Part shown: positions 1 through 9,072 of the stretch, piece by piece
Position numbering within the stretch: position 1 is the first letter of the stretch
How the letters are laid out: every line of letters begins with the position of its first letter
NCBI GenBank assembly: GCA_964492195.1
Contig: CAZBJL010000001.1
Coordinates: 79,082 to 143,081 of the forward strand
From: an uncultured Candidatus Saccharibacteria bacterium
Lineage (GTDB): Bacteria > Patescibacteriota > Minisyncoccia > Phycocordibacterales > DATGWK01
Length of the DNA: 64,000 nucleotides
Direction of reading: 5' to 3'
The notes under the pieces: model-generated
Databases searched by the model: none
What the model was told of the DNA's origin: nothing
Seen by the model: only the letters and a program-made list of their open reading frames with translations
Made by a program: the position numbers and the translations under genes

Positions 1-129
1 CCGCTGACGGCTGAAGCTGTTGGAAAATTCCAGCTCAAATATGGCATCGTTACATCAGCCCAGGACGTTGGGTATGGGGGATTTGGTCCGGTTACACGGG
101 CGAAGTTAAACAGTGTGCTTGCACAATAA
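1..129 (+). CDS. C-terminal fragment of a peptidoglycan-binding-domain protein (partial)
   Basis: Manual translation PLTAEAVGKFQLKYGIV...GYGGFGPVTRAKLN* matches the PG_binding_1 pattern (T..AV..FQ...G; G.FGP.T...L). Confidence 0.75.
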   Translation, partial: PLTAEAVGKFQLKYGIVTSAQDVGYGGFGPVTRAKLNSVLAQ

Positions 130-212
130 TAAGAGCGGCGAAAGATAGACTATATGGTTGCACACGACGGCTTTGGCCGCTTTTTTTATTCAAAAATAAA
201 CCCTAGCGCGCC

Positions 213-449
213 CTAGTGTTTTTTAGAAAGATTTTCTAAATCCCGACCAATTCTTTTTATTTCGTTCTGACTGTGAGCAATTTTCTGGTTGATGTCGCTT
301 ATCTCACGGTCGAGTTCTGCAATTTCTCTGTTGAGTGTTTCCTGGTCGCGTTTCTTTTTGGTGTGTTCAGCTTCTACTTTTCTTAAACGAGCTTGTTCGT
401 TTGTGATTTCTCTCTCAAGAATTTGAAGGGCTTGTGCTGATCCACTCAT
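213..449 (-). CDS. small coiled-coil hypothetical protein
   Basis: 78 aa ORF with heptad-like, E/K/R/Q-rich sequence. Confidence 0.6.
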   Translation of the reverse strand: MSGSAQALQILEREITNEQARLRKVEAEHTKKKRDQETLNREIAELDREISDINQKIAHSQNEIKRIGRDLENLSKKH

Positions 450-476
450 GGTTAGTTGTTTGTTACGTTGCTAATC

Positions 477-552
477 TGGTGCCGAGAGCCGGATTCGAAC
501 CGGCGACCCCATCCTCTTCAGGGATATGCTCTACCAACTGAGCTATCTCGGC
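477..552 (-). tRNA. tRNA-Phe(GAA)
   Basis: Cloverleaf GCCGAGA...TCTCGGC-ACCA; anticodon arm TATCC-CTGAAGA-GGATG; TTCGAAT T-loop. Confidence 0.95.
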
Positions 553-561
553 GTGGCGCTC

Positions 562-686
562 GTAGGGTGAATTTTAATTCAGCTGTGCTGAGAGCACCTT
601 CGTGCGGACATATGTTTCGCGTCGCATGCTCCGCTCAACATATGATCCTTCCTCAGTTGCTCCGACCGCTTAAAATTCACCCGTAC
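562..686. repeat. long palindromic REP/MITE-like element
   Basis: Perfect 13-bp inverted repeat GGGTGAATTTTAA (565-577) / TTAAAATTCACCC (670-682) enclosing further hairpins. Confidence 0.55.
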
Positions 687-716
687 TCACTTTTCGATGT
701 AAATACAAATTCAATG

Positions 717-977
717 CTATGGTTTTGCGAACGGATTTACGAAGTTTTGGATAGAATTCGCACCGTGTTGAAGGTTGCTGTATGCGGCAAAAAGCTGTTC
801 TAGGTAGGGCTGAATGTAGTAGTAGGCGCCAATAGATACACCGATAAGGATAATCCAGTAGATAAGCCTTCCAATTCCAACCAAACGGGCCGTTCTGCGC
901 ATTCCGTGAAGAATCCTGTTATTCTCCTCGGTAAGCGACATTAACCTCTCAAAAAACTTCTTATCTTGCAAATCCAT
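717..977 (-). CDS. single-pass membrane hypothetical protein
   Basis: 86 aa with one hydrophobic helix; TACTAT 7 nt before ATG. Confidence 0.7.
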   Translation of the reverse strand: MDLQDKKFFERLMSLTEENNRILHGMRRTARLVGIGRLIYWIILIGVSIGAYYYIQPYLEQLFAAYSNLQHGANSIQNFVNPFAKP

Positions 978-1049
978 GTCGGAAATAGTACCAAAATATG
1001 GGCTTTGACGCCACTTTCTCGGCGGCAGTGCTTATACATCTTACTTCTA

Positions 1050-1121
1050 TGCCACCGATAGGAATTGAACCTATATCTATCCCTTAGGACGGGACTGTTC
1101 TATCCGTTGAACTACGGCGGC
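1050..1121 (-). tRNA. tRNA-Arg(CCT)
   Basis: Cloverleaf GCCGCCG...CGGTGGC-A; anticodon arm GTCCC-GTCCTAA-GGGAT. Confidence 0.9.
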
Positions 1122-1161
1122 TCGGACCGAAGCATATCACGAGCAAAAAACAGGGGGAATG

Positions 1162-1404
1162 TTATGCGGGCAAACCGAGGAGATTAGCGATGATTGGTTT
1201 GTTGAAACCAACAACGAGGTCAGTGTCGCCAATAATGATGACAGGGACACCCATCTGGCCGCTTTTTTCGATCATTTCATTTCGCCTTTCAGTGTCTGCG
1301 GCGACGTTGTGTTCTTCGTAAGGGATATTGTTTGCTGCGAAATACTCTTTGGCTAATTTGCAGTATTTGCACACAGGGGTAGAAAATATTGTGACTTTTT
1401 TCAT
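1162..1404 (-). CDS. glutaredoxin / NrdH-like redoxin
   Basis: CKYC active site, GQMGVPVI and VGF motifs. Confidence 0.9.
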   Translation of the reverse strand: MKKVTIFSTPVCKYCKLAKEYFAANNIPYEEHNVAADTERRNEMIEKSGQMGVPVIIIGDTDLVVGFNKPIIANLLGLPA

Positions 1405-1549
1405 ATTTTTTTAAAAAATAAATTAGAAGTGAAGAGATTATAGCATATTTGAAATGTACGGAATTTTTAGAAAGAAACCTTTTATTTTATGACCCACTAG
1501 CGTTGCTTTCAGAACTGTATAAAGATAGAGAGTATATTAAATCAAGCAT

Positions 1550-2134
1550 TTACGCTCTGACAGAAATTGCCTCTTCAAGTAATTGAGGAAACTCAACCGT
1601 TTGCATATCGCTAAAACAAAAATGCCCGTATGAGTGGAAGTCTACAAGTTTTATATCAGGAATGGACCCGAGTATTTTTTCAACACTTACGTGAATTGAA
1701 CTATCGTCATTATCGCTATTGAAGATAGTTACTCCTGCTGTACGTGAGACCAGTTTTTCATCCATTGTAAAGTTGAAGAAATCATTATCTTTTCCTTTGC
1801 TTTTTTCAGGGTCTAGCCACGGAGCAACCAATACAACCTTACCAACAGTTACGTTTTTATTTTCAGATAACCAACGAACTAAAAATCCACCACCACAACT
1901 ATGACCGATAAGTATTGTTTCTGGTGTGATATCAAAACGTTCTAGCTCACGCTTCCATACAGCATAATCAGGCATATATGAGTTTGGTACCTCTATAACT
2001 ACAGCAGGAATATCTCTAATGATGAGTTGTTTCTGTAGCCACGGTAGCCAGTGTGAGTTACTGGCTGAAGGGTAGTCAGGTGAGTAGTACTCTTCTTTAT
2101 CAGATGTGCCGTGAATGATAATTGCATTTTTCAT
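1550..2134 (-). CDS. RBBP9/YdeN-family alpha/beta hydrolase
   Basis: IIHG, WLPWL, GHSCGG nucleophile elbow, SDND, GHF; start placed at MKNAII (TATACT 7 nt upstream). Confidence 0.85.
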   Translation of the reverse strand: MKNAIIIHGTSDKEEYYSPDYPSASNSHWLPWLQKQLIIRDIPAVVIEVPNSYMPDYAVWKRELERFDITPETILIGHSCGGGFLVRWLSENKNVTVGKVVLVAPWLDPEKSKGKDNDFFNFTMDEKLVSRTAGVTIFNSDNDDSSIHVSVEKILGSIPDIKLVDFHSYGHFCFSDMQTVEFPQLLEEAISVRA

Positions 2135-2211
2135 AACACAAAGTATACCAAAGTTCTGAACCCCCATTGGGGTGCTCTGAAATACGTTGATAAATATAGC
2201 TTCTTATTTTG

Positions 2212-2283
2212 TGACCCTACCGGGAATCGAACCCGGGTTTGCGCCTTGAAAGGGCACTGTCCTAACCGTTAGACGATAGGGCC
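2212..2283 (-). tRNA. tRNA-Glu(TTC)
   Basis: Cloverleaf GGCCCTA...TAGGGTC-A; anticodon arm GTGCC-CTTTCAA-GGCGC. Confidence 0.95.
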
Positions 2284-2374
2284 GAAAAACATCGGAACGC
2301 TTGGTACTGTAACATTTTCTTTAAAAAGTGTAAAAAAGGCCCCAATGCGTTACTATTTGCAGGTGTTGAAGACT

Positions 2375-2461
2375 GGAAGTGTGGCAGAGTGGTCGAATGC
2401 ACCGCTTTCGAAAAGCGGCATGCTCGAAAGGGTATCAGAGGTTCAAATCCTCTCACTTCCG
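2375..2461 (+). tRNA. tRNA-Ser(CGA)
   Basis: GGAAGTG...CACTTCC-G; anticodon arm CCGCT-TTCGAAA-AGCGG; long variable arm. Confidence 0.95.
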
Positions 2462-2516
2462 CAATGACCGATAAGGTATAATTCTTGTATTAGAAGGTGA
2501 TTTAATATTACGCACT

Positions 2517-2936
2517 ATGGACATTAATTTCTGGGCAGTGCTTGTGAGTTCGGTGGTTGTGATGGTTTTAGGTTTTGTGTGGCACGGACCGCTTTTTGGA
2601 AAAAAATTCAACGAAGCGATGGGTATGACGATGCCGACCGATCCTGAAGTGCGAAAAAAGATGATGAGGGGAATGAATAAAATTTATCTCATTCAGTTTC
2701 TTCTTTTTGTTGTGCAAATGTTTGTTTTGGCAAAACACATCAGCTTAGTTCCAAGTATGTCTGCCGTTGCAACCGCGTTCTGCTTGTGGCTTGGATTCGT
2801 GATGCCGACGGTTGCGAGCGCTGCAATTTGGAATGATAGATCAACAAAAGCGCGATGGACGATTTTCTTTGTGAGCGCAGGTTTTAATCTTGTTTCACTT
2901 GTCATTGCGGCGTTGATTCTCGGGATGTGGAACTAG
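2517..2936 (+). CDS. DUF1761-like membrane protein
   Basis: INFWAVLV...LGFVWHGPLFGK N-terminus; four hydrophobic helices. Confidence 0.75.
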   Translation: MDINFWAVLVSSVVVMVLGFVWHGPLFGKKFNEAMGMTMPTDPEVRKKMMRGMNKIYLIQFLLFVVQMFVLAKHISLVPSMSAVATAFCLWLGFVMPTVASAAIWNDRSTKARWTIFFVSAGFNLVSLVIAALILGMWN

Positions 2937-3001
2937 GGTAGCTTGAATTAATATTTGAATTTGAGTTAGAATAACGATCCGGAAATTGTTTCCGGATTCC
3001 A

Positions 3002-3074
3002 GGGCGATTAGCTCAGTTGGTAGAGCGCAACATTGACGTTGTTGATGCCAGAGGTTCGAGTCCTCTATCGCCCA
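3002..3074 (+). tRNA. tRNA-Val(GAC)
   Basis: GGGCGAT...ATCGCCC-A; anticodon arm CAACA-TTGACGT-TGTTG. Confidence 0.95.
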
Positions 3075-3086
3075 CAGAGTTTTATT

Positions 3087-3908
3087 ATGTCTATAAATAA
3101 AAATTTTCAAAATATCGAATCGTATCTGCATCCATATGAAAACTGGAAGGCTGTTCAAGACAAACCTCGGCCGTATGTGTTTGAAATTAAGAGAGGAGGG
3201 CAAAACCTCTTTTATTTTGGTGCAAACCATTCTCGTGACATCCGAGACGACCAATATAAAAAACTAGAAGAATATTGGAGAAATTTTTTAGATACCACTA
3301 AGGGTAATGACAGAATTGTTTTTGTTGAAGGGGCATTACGTCAAGTTTGGACAGACCCTCAAACTTCTATTCTAAAAGATTCAGAAGCTGGTTTCATAAC
3401 CTTCCTGGCTTCAAAAGAGGGTATTGAAATTTCTTGTCCCGAACCTGATGCAAAATCTGAAAGAGATTTTCTGCTCACCAAATTTTCCAATGACGAGATT
3501 CAGTATTATTATTTTGCTCGGATCATTCCAAGTTGGTATAAACTTCCCGAACCTCGGCCAACTTTTGAAAGTCATATGAATATGTATCAAATGGCTGCGA
3601 AGAAGGGAGTTTCTGAAGAATCGTGGAGCGGATATGATTTTTCACTGGATAATATGAAAAGTGTTCACAAATCTTTGTTCGATCAAGATTTTGATGAACA
3701 TGACAAGGATTTTATTTTGAGTGTGATAAATCCGATGACAGAAAAGACAATTATAAATAAAATTGCGAGAGCGAGTAGTCGATTTCGAGACGTTAGTATC
3801 GTCTCGAACATTGTCGAGGAATGGCAGTCTGGTCGAGATATTTTTGTTGTCTTTGGATTTGCCCACGCTGTACTGCAGGAACCAGCACTTAAAAAAATGT
3901 TGATTTGA
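3087..3908 (+). CDS. hypothetical protein
   Basis: Long AT-rich ORF; start moved to MSINK because the upstream part overlaps tRNA-Val; YFGANH, VFVEG, RD and VFGFAH motifs. Confidence 0.7.
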   Translation: MSINKNFQNIESYLHPYENWKAVQDKPRPYVFEIKRGGQNLFYFGANHSRDIRDDQYKKLEEYWRNFLDTTKGNDRIVFVEGALRQVWTDPQTSILKDSEAGFITFLASKEGIEISCPEPDAKSERDFLLTKFSNDEIQYYYFARIIPSWYKLPEPRPTFESHMNMYQMAAKKGVSEESWSGYDFSLDNMKSVHKSLFDQDFDEHDKDFILSVINPMTEKTIINKIARASSRFRDVSIVSNIVEEWQSGRDIFVVFGFAHAVLQEPALKKMLI

Positions 3909-3984
3909 TTCTAGAAATCTGAACTTTTTTCAACAGTCTCTCATACAAATTTCCAAACAGCGAAATCTGGTTATACGAGAGTTT

Positions 3985-4452
3985 CTACGCTTGGGTCACA
4001 GGCAGACTGTATGTTGCGTTTCCAAAACCTAAAATTGGATAGAAAATAATTGGGAGAAATACGAGTCCGAGAGTAAACAAAAATCCTTTACCAAAAGCTT
4101 CAGAGAGTTTGTGCACAACAATGAGAGCGATAATAATATTCACAATCGGAATGAAATAAAGGATTATCCACCACGTTGGTTTTTTTATGATTTGGAGCAT
4201 GATAACGAGGTTGTAGATTGGAATAAGGGATGCCCAGCCAGGTTGACCTGCTTTGGTGAAAATTTTCCAGAGGGAAATAAATATGATGATTGTGGGAATC
4301 CAGAACACAGAAAAAATCGAAGGTCCGAGTATGTGGACGAAGAACGGACAGACAACATTGTGCCCGTTAACGCTACACGCGGCGCTTGCAGTATTGAGTG
4401 CTGGAGAAAAAGCAGAATACGTATTTGCTAAAAAATAAGACGCTGAATTCAT
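3985..4452 (-). CDS. DUF5684-like membrane protein
   Basis: WKIFTKAGQPGWASLIPIYN...FGKG...LGF signature. Confidence 0.8.
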   Translation of the reverse strand: MNSASYFLANTYSAFSPALNTASAACSVNGHNVVCPFFVHILGPSIFSVFWIPTIIIFISLWKIFTKAGQPGWASLIPIYNLVIMLQIIKKPTWWIILYFIPIVNIIIALIVVHKLSEAFGKGFLFTLGLVFLPIIFYPILGFGNATYSLPVTQA

Positions 4453-4617
4453 GTGTAATGTATTAATTTTAAAAACGTATCATTAAGAATACCATGCAGT
4501 TTTTTGGTGCAAAAAACCCCCTGTAAGTGAGATTAGACTTTTTTATGGTATGTGTTATTATATTGTTCGAACACATAAGGCCACAGCGCCTTGAGTACCT
4601 TCAAAAAGGAGAGTTGA

Positions 4618-4773
4618 ATGGGTCGATTGAATCACGGAGGAAAGTGGAAGGCAGAAGCCATGCCATCGAAAAAATGGAGGATTCCAGCTATCGTTGATTT
4701 TCTTTGTACCGCATTGACCTTCGTGTCTCTTGCGGTAGGACTCTTCGCTGTTCTGACTGCTGTATTGTTCTGA
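4618..4773 (+). CDS. small single-TM peptide (51 aa), stand-alone cassette
   Basis: Below ORF-track cutoff: MGRLNHGGKWKAEAMPSKKWRIPAIVDFLCTALTFVSLAVGLFAVLTAVLF*; SD AAGGAG; TAGACT-16-TATTAT upstream; terminator downstream. Confidence 0.6.
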   Translation: MGRLNHGGKWKAEAMPSKKWRIPAIVDFLCTALTFVSLAVGLFAVLTAVLF

Positions 4774-4790
4774 CCCCGTTCCCTATGTTC

Positions 4791-4835
4791 ACACCTCGTA
4801 GATTCGCACAGCGAATTACCACGAGGTGTTTTTTT
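4791..4835 (+). terminator. intrinsic terminator
   Basis: ACACCTCGT...ACGAGGTGT hairpin followed by a T run. Confidence 0.7.
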
Positions 4836-5754
4836 ATGCCCGCAAATAGAGGTAGATGTCCTCGAGTGCTTTTACTGCATCACCAGCAGCGATGTTGTTT
4901 TGGTGATAGAGACCATCTGTGCAGTCTCCTGCAGCCCAGATGCCAGGTACGTGTGTCATTTGAGTCTTCGGGTCAACGGGAATCTGTCCGTATTGGTTGA
5001 GCGCAACAGCATCTTTTGCAAAATCTGTATTTGGAATGAGGCCAATTTCAACAAAGATTCCTTGCACAGAAAGAGTAATATCTGTAGCAGTTTTTTCGTC
5101 TGTGTATGTAAAAGAATTTACAAATTTTTCACCCTCGATTTTTTTTGGAATTGCATTCCTAATTAATTTCATGTTCGGGTGAGCCAAGACTTTTTCAACA
5201 GTTACCGGGTCAGCCTTGAGTGTATCGCCGCGGTTTATGAGTGTAACGCTTTTTGCATAGGCTAAAAGTTGCGCAGCTGTTTCAAAGCCGGCATTTCCGC
5301 CACCAACAACCAGCAAATCTTTGTCAGCAAACAATGGGCCGTCGCATGATGCGCAGTAGGTGAGTCCTTTACCGTCAAACTGCGCTGCACCAGGGATTTC
5401 GAGTTTACGGCGATGACTTCCGGTTGTAATGAGAACTGTTTTTGCTTCGTATGAAGCCGAGTCTGTTGTTATAGAAAAAATGTCACCGCTTTTGCTGATT
5501 TTTGTGACGTATTCACCTTCGCGAATATTGACCATGTCTCCGGCATTTGCCTCAAGGTGCTTTTTGAGATTCTCAACAAGGTCGAGTCCGCTAATAGAAA
5601 TGGTACCAATCCAATTTTGAATATCTTCGGCGACTGAACTCTGGCTTTCAAAATTTGGTGTAATAAAAACAGTCGAGAGTCTTTTTCTCGACGCATATAC
5701 ACCGGCGGCAACACCAGCCGGCCCACCGCCTAAAATTGCGAGATCATACACCAT
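4834..5754 (-). CDS. trxB: thioredoxin reductase-like FAD-dependent disulfide oxidoreductase
   Basis: GGGPAG FAD motif, YCASCDG redox pair, GGGNAG, AAGD. Confidence 0.85.
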   Translation of the reverse strand: MVYDLAILGGGPAGVAAGVYASRKRLSTVFITPNFESQSSVAEDIQNWIGTISISGLDLVENLKKHLEANAGDMVNIREGEYVTKISKSGDIFSITTDSASYEAKTVLITTGSHRRKLEIPGAAQFDGKGLTYCASCDGPLFADKDLLVVGGGNAGFETAAQLLAYAKSVTLINRGDTLKADPVTVEKVLAHPNMKLIRNAIPKKIEGEKFVNSFTYTDEKTATDITLSVQGIFVEIGLIPNTDFAKDAVALNQYGQIPVDPKTQMTHVPGIWAAGDCTDGLYHQNNIAAGDAVKALEDIYLYLRA

Positions 5755-5760
5755 TAGCGA

Positions 5761-6957
5761 TTACTTTAACTTAGAACGACGTAAAAAGGCAGGGACAGCG
5801 CTCCATTCATCGTCTTCGTCAGTTTCACCCATTGGGATTGGTTTCTTTTCAGAAGAAGTTTCAACAAGCTTTGGCTGGCTGATAGCTGTAGGAACGGAAA
5901 TAGTGTTGTAAATTTTGCCTTTCTTTTCCGTTTCTTCTTCAGGACTTCGGTCGATAATTCTTTTCTGTTCTTCGTGTTGGAAAAGAGATTTGCGAACAGC
6001 GGCTTCGGGGAATCCTGTTGCAATAACGGTAATCCGCACTTCACCCTTTTTGAGCGCATCGCTTCTGATCGTTCCAAAAATAATTTTGGCGCTTGGGTCA
6101 ACGGATTCTGTAACAATTTTAGCGGCATCTTGGATTTCAAACATAGTGAGGTCGTCGCCACCAGCAATAGAAAAGAGTACGCCTTTTGCACCCGCAATAG
6201 AAAGTTCAAGGAGGGGAGAATTGATAGCCATTTTTGCGGCTTCTTCGGCGCGTTTGTCGCCTCCGGCATTACCGATACCCATAAGCGCAGGACCAGCATT
6301 TTCCATAATGGCTTTGATGTCGGCAAAGTCGATGTTGATGACACCGGGAGTTGTGATGAGGTCGGAAATTGCTTCGACTGCCTGTCTCAACACTTCGTCA
6401 CACATTGCGAAGGCACTTCGTGCGCTTGTTTCTTTATTGATGATGCTCAAAAGGCGATCGTTCGGAATGACAATAATAGCGTCTACAACGCTTCGAAGTT
6501 CTTCGAGGCCTTGTTCTGCGACACGCATGCGCTGGAGACCTTCAAAAAAGAAGGGCTTGGTAACGACAGCAACGGTGAGCGCACCGAGTTCTTTGGCGAT
6601 CTGGGCGATGCGAGGTGACGCACCTGTACCAGTACCACCTCCGAGTCCGCCGGTAACGAACACCATGTCTGCACCTTGGATTGCTTCACGAACTTCTTCT
6701 TGAGCTTCATCTACTGCACGACGGCCAAGTTCTGGATTCATGCCGGTACCGAGACCTCGAGTCAAATTTTTGCCGATGTGAATCTTTTTCTTCGCAAGCG
6801 TGTTGTGAAGATCTTGTGCGTCTGTATTGATTGCGATGAATTCAACGCCCTTAACCTTGGAGTTGATCATGTGGTTCAGTGCATTTTTGCCGGAACCACC
6901 AACACCGAGGACTTTGATTCGTGCAAATGCTTCAACTTCTGGCTTGATTTGGGGCAT
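5761..6957 (-). CDS. ftsZ: cell division protein FtsZ
   Basis: GGGTGTG tubulin signature, NTDAQDL, C-terminal VPAFLRR; start at MPQIK. Confidence 0.98.
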   Translation of the reverse strand: MPQIKPEVEAFARIKVLGVGGSGKNALNHMINSKVKGVEFIAINTDAQDLHNTLAKKKIHIGKNLTRGLGTGMNPELGRRAVDEAQEEVREAIQGADMVFVTGGLGGGTGTGASPRIAQIAKELGALTVAVVTKPFFFEGLQRMRVAEQGLEELRSVVDAIIVIPNDRLLSIINKETSARSAFAMCDEVLRQAVEAISDLITTPGVINIDFADIKAIMENAGPALMGIGNAGGDKRAEEAAKMAINSPLLELSIAGAKGVLFSIAGGDDLTMFEIQDAAKIVTESVDPSAKIIFGTIRSDALKKGEVRITVIATGFPEAAVRKSLFQHEEQKRIIDRSPEEETEKKGKIYNTISVPTAISQPKLVETSSEKKPIPMGETDEDDEWSAVPAFLRRSKLK

Positions 6958-7130
6958 GGTGATGGTAGTTAATAATATTAGATGCCCAATGATACCACAG
7001 GGAAATTTCAAAAGAAAACACTTGACCCAAGGCACGTCGTGTTTCTAATTACAAGCCACTTTTCTGCTAATTTTAAGAAAAATTAAGCGAAAATTGAGGC
7101 TGTTTTTGGAATACTGGGAGGGGAATACGT

Positions 7131-8312
7131 TTACGGTAAAAACTGCTTCACAAAAGAAAGGATTTTGTTTTTTGTGCGTTTGGTGATTTTGCTGAAATGA
7201 AGTGCTCCTGAATCGTCTGTTGAAAGTCCCCATACACAGAGGCCATATGCCACTGACCATGAGCTGTCTTTGAACGGGCTTTTTGCTGGGTCACCAGAAT
7301 GAATTGCTGCAACTCGCGCTGGAAGCATAAGAGAGCTTTTTGCAATTTCTTCGATACCACCAATACTTGCACCTCCGCCGGTAAGAATAATTCCTGCGGG
7401 AAGAAGTCCGGCGTGACCAACTTTTTTAAGGTGATTACCGACAAGATCAAACATGTCTTCGATTCTTGCGTCCATGATGTCGTCGAGTTTCTTGCGGGGA
7501 ATGTTGAAAGAAGTGATGCCGCCGATTTTTATGTGTTCGGCTTCGTCGAGTGCGATTTTAAATCCAAGCGCAATGTCGTTCGTAATATTTGAAGAACCAA
7601 CAGGAAATACTTCGAGCGACTGCGGTTTGTTTTCGTCAAAGACGGCAAGGGTCAATGTTTCTGAACCAATGTTTACAAGTGCACAGCCAGCAATTTTCTG
7701 ACTTTTGTTTAAGGTGACGAGACTTGCAGCCATGGGCGACGCCATAACATCGATAACTTCAACTCCCGTTTCTTCAACTGCTTCGATTAAATTATGTAAA
7801 TGATGTTCGAGATACGTTATGAAAATCATGCGACATTCGAGCTTGTTGCCGCGAAGTCCTGCGGGGTTGTTGCCCAACACGAGCTTTCCGTCGAGTTTGT
7901 ACTGAAGGGGAATCGAGTGAATCGTTTCTCGATTCACAATCATTGAAGATGGGATTTCTTTTTCGCAGGCTTCGTGGACTTTCGTGACGTCGAGTTCGTC
8001 AATTTCAGAATCTCCACGAGATACCATGATAGAGCCTGTGGAAACAATGCTTTCGAGGCCGATTCCACCAACAGAAAGAAAAGCCCGCTTGATTTTAATG
8101 CCGCTTGTTTTTTCGGCGTGGGCGATTGCTTGGCTTAAACTTTTTACAACATCCGGCGCGCTGATTACGTACCCATGACGAAGGCCTTTAGACTCGGCAA
8201 ACCCGAGCCCTAACACACGTGGAAATTCCTTACCAGAGTCGGCGCTTTCCGCCACGACCACTTTGATTTGGTATGTTCCTATATCTATGCCAACAGTTGT
8301 TTTTTTGGACAT
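7131..8312 (-). CDS. ftsA: cell division protein FtsA
   Basis: GIDIGT actin-like fold, ITNDIA, LTGGGA; directly upstream of ftsZ. Confidence 0.95.
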   Translation of the reverse strand: MSKKTTVGIDIGTYQIKVVVAESADSGKEFPRVLGLGFAESKGLRHGYVISAPDVVKSLSQAIAHAEKTSGIKIKRAFLSVGGIGLESIVSTGSIMVSRGDSEIDELDVTKVHEACEKEIPSSMIVNRETIHSIPLQYKLDGKLVLGNNPAGLRGNKLECRMIFITYLEHHLHNLIEAVEETGVEVIDVMASPMAASLVTLNKSQKIAGCALVNIGSETLTLAVFDENKPQSLEVFPVGSSNITNDIALGFKIALDEAEHIKIGGITSFNIPRKKLDDIMDARIEDMFDLVGNHLKKVGHAGLLPAGIILTGGGASIGGIEEIAKSSLMLPARVAAIHSGDPAKSPFKDSSWSVAYGLCVWGLSTDDSGALHFSKITKRTKNKILSFVKQFLP

Positions 8313-8403
8313 TTAAAATACTAAAAAATACACCGGTATCCGTGTACATCGAACGGTTGAGGAAAGCGATCTAAAAATAAATAAAAGAAAGAATTAAAAG
8401 ATG

Positions 8404-8787
8404 TTAATTCTTTATGCCAAAAATTGATCTGATCGCCATTTCTTCTTTGTCCATTCTACTACCATGATCCAGTCCTTTCAAATGATGTAAACCGTGGATA
8501 AACAAAAAAGCAACGCGTTCGTTGAGTGAAACGTTGAGTTTTTTTAGTTGGCGCGCAACTTTGTCTATACAAATAAAAATTTCTCCAGAATCTTTTGTGA
8601 GCGTGAAGCTTAAAATATCTGTAACCTTATCTTTGTTGCGATACGTTCTGTTGAGTGTTCGCATTCTTCGAGAACCGACAAATACAAGACTCAGTTCGTA
8701 GGTTTTCCCTAGAACTTTTTCTTTCATGAGGTTATACGGAAGGCGCAGAGGCGCTGTGTGTACCGTACTTTTTATTTCTACTGGCAT
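8404..8787 (-). CDS. ybeY: rRNA maturation endoribonuclease YbeY
   Basis: LNRTYRNKDKVTDILSF and HGLHHLKGLDH zinc motif. Confidence 0.92.
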   Translation of the reverse strand: MPVEIKSTVHTAPLRLPYNLMKEKVLGKTYELSLVFVGSRRMRTLNRTYRNKDKVTDILSFTLTKDSGEIFICIDKVARQLKKLNVSLNERVAFLFIHGLHHLKGLDHGSRMDKEEMAIRSIFGIKN

Positions 8788-8798
8788 CGAAGAAAACA

Positions 8799-9038
8799 CT
8801 ACTTGCTATATTTGTTTTCTGGGAGTTTGCCCATTTTTATAAGCTCGGCAGTCTTTTGCTGGCGAACAATCTTTTTGAGAGCGTGTTTTTTAGTGACGTA
8901 TTCAGATCGTTTTCGCTCGGTAAAGCGGATTTTTCTGACACGCATCAAAACACCGGAACCTTGTACGCGACGAGTGAAGCGTTTGATGACGCTTACGCTG
9001 TTTTCGTTATTTCCTCGCTCTACTTCAACGTTTATCAT
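8799..9038 (-). CDS. rpsU: 30S ribosomal protein bS21
   Basis: Basic 79 aa protein with VEV...E...IKRF.R.V..SG pattern. Confidence 0.75.
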   Translation of the reverse strand: MINVEVERGNNENSVSVIKRFTRRVQGSGVLMRVRKIRFTERKRSEYVTKKHALKKIVRQQKTAELIKMGKLPENKYSK

Positions 9039-9072
9039 AGGTTGAAGATATTAACATATGATTTTTTCATTT

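Noticed and set aside
456-803. 115-aa plus-strand ORF
   Set aside because: Antisense to tRNA-Phe, a palindromic element and a real gene; no protein features.
5915-6703. Long ORFs antisense to ftsZ, and similar shadows over gyrA, clpB, topA, dus and aspS
   Set aside because: Shadow frames of well-supported genes.
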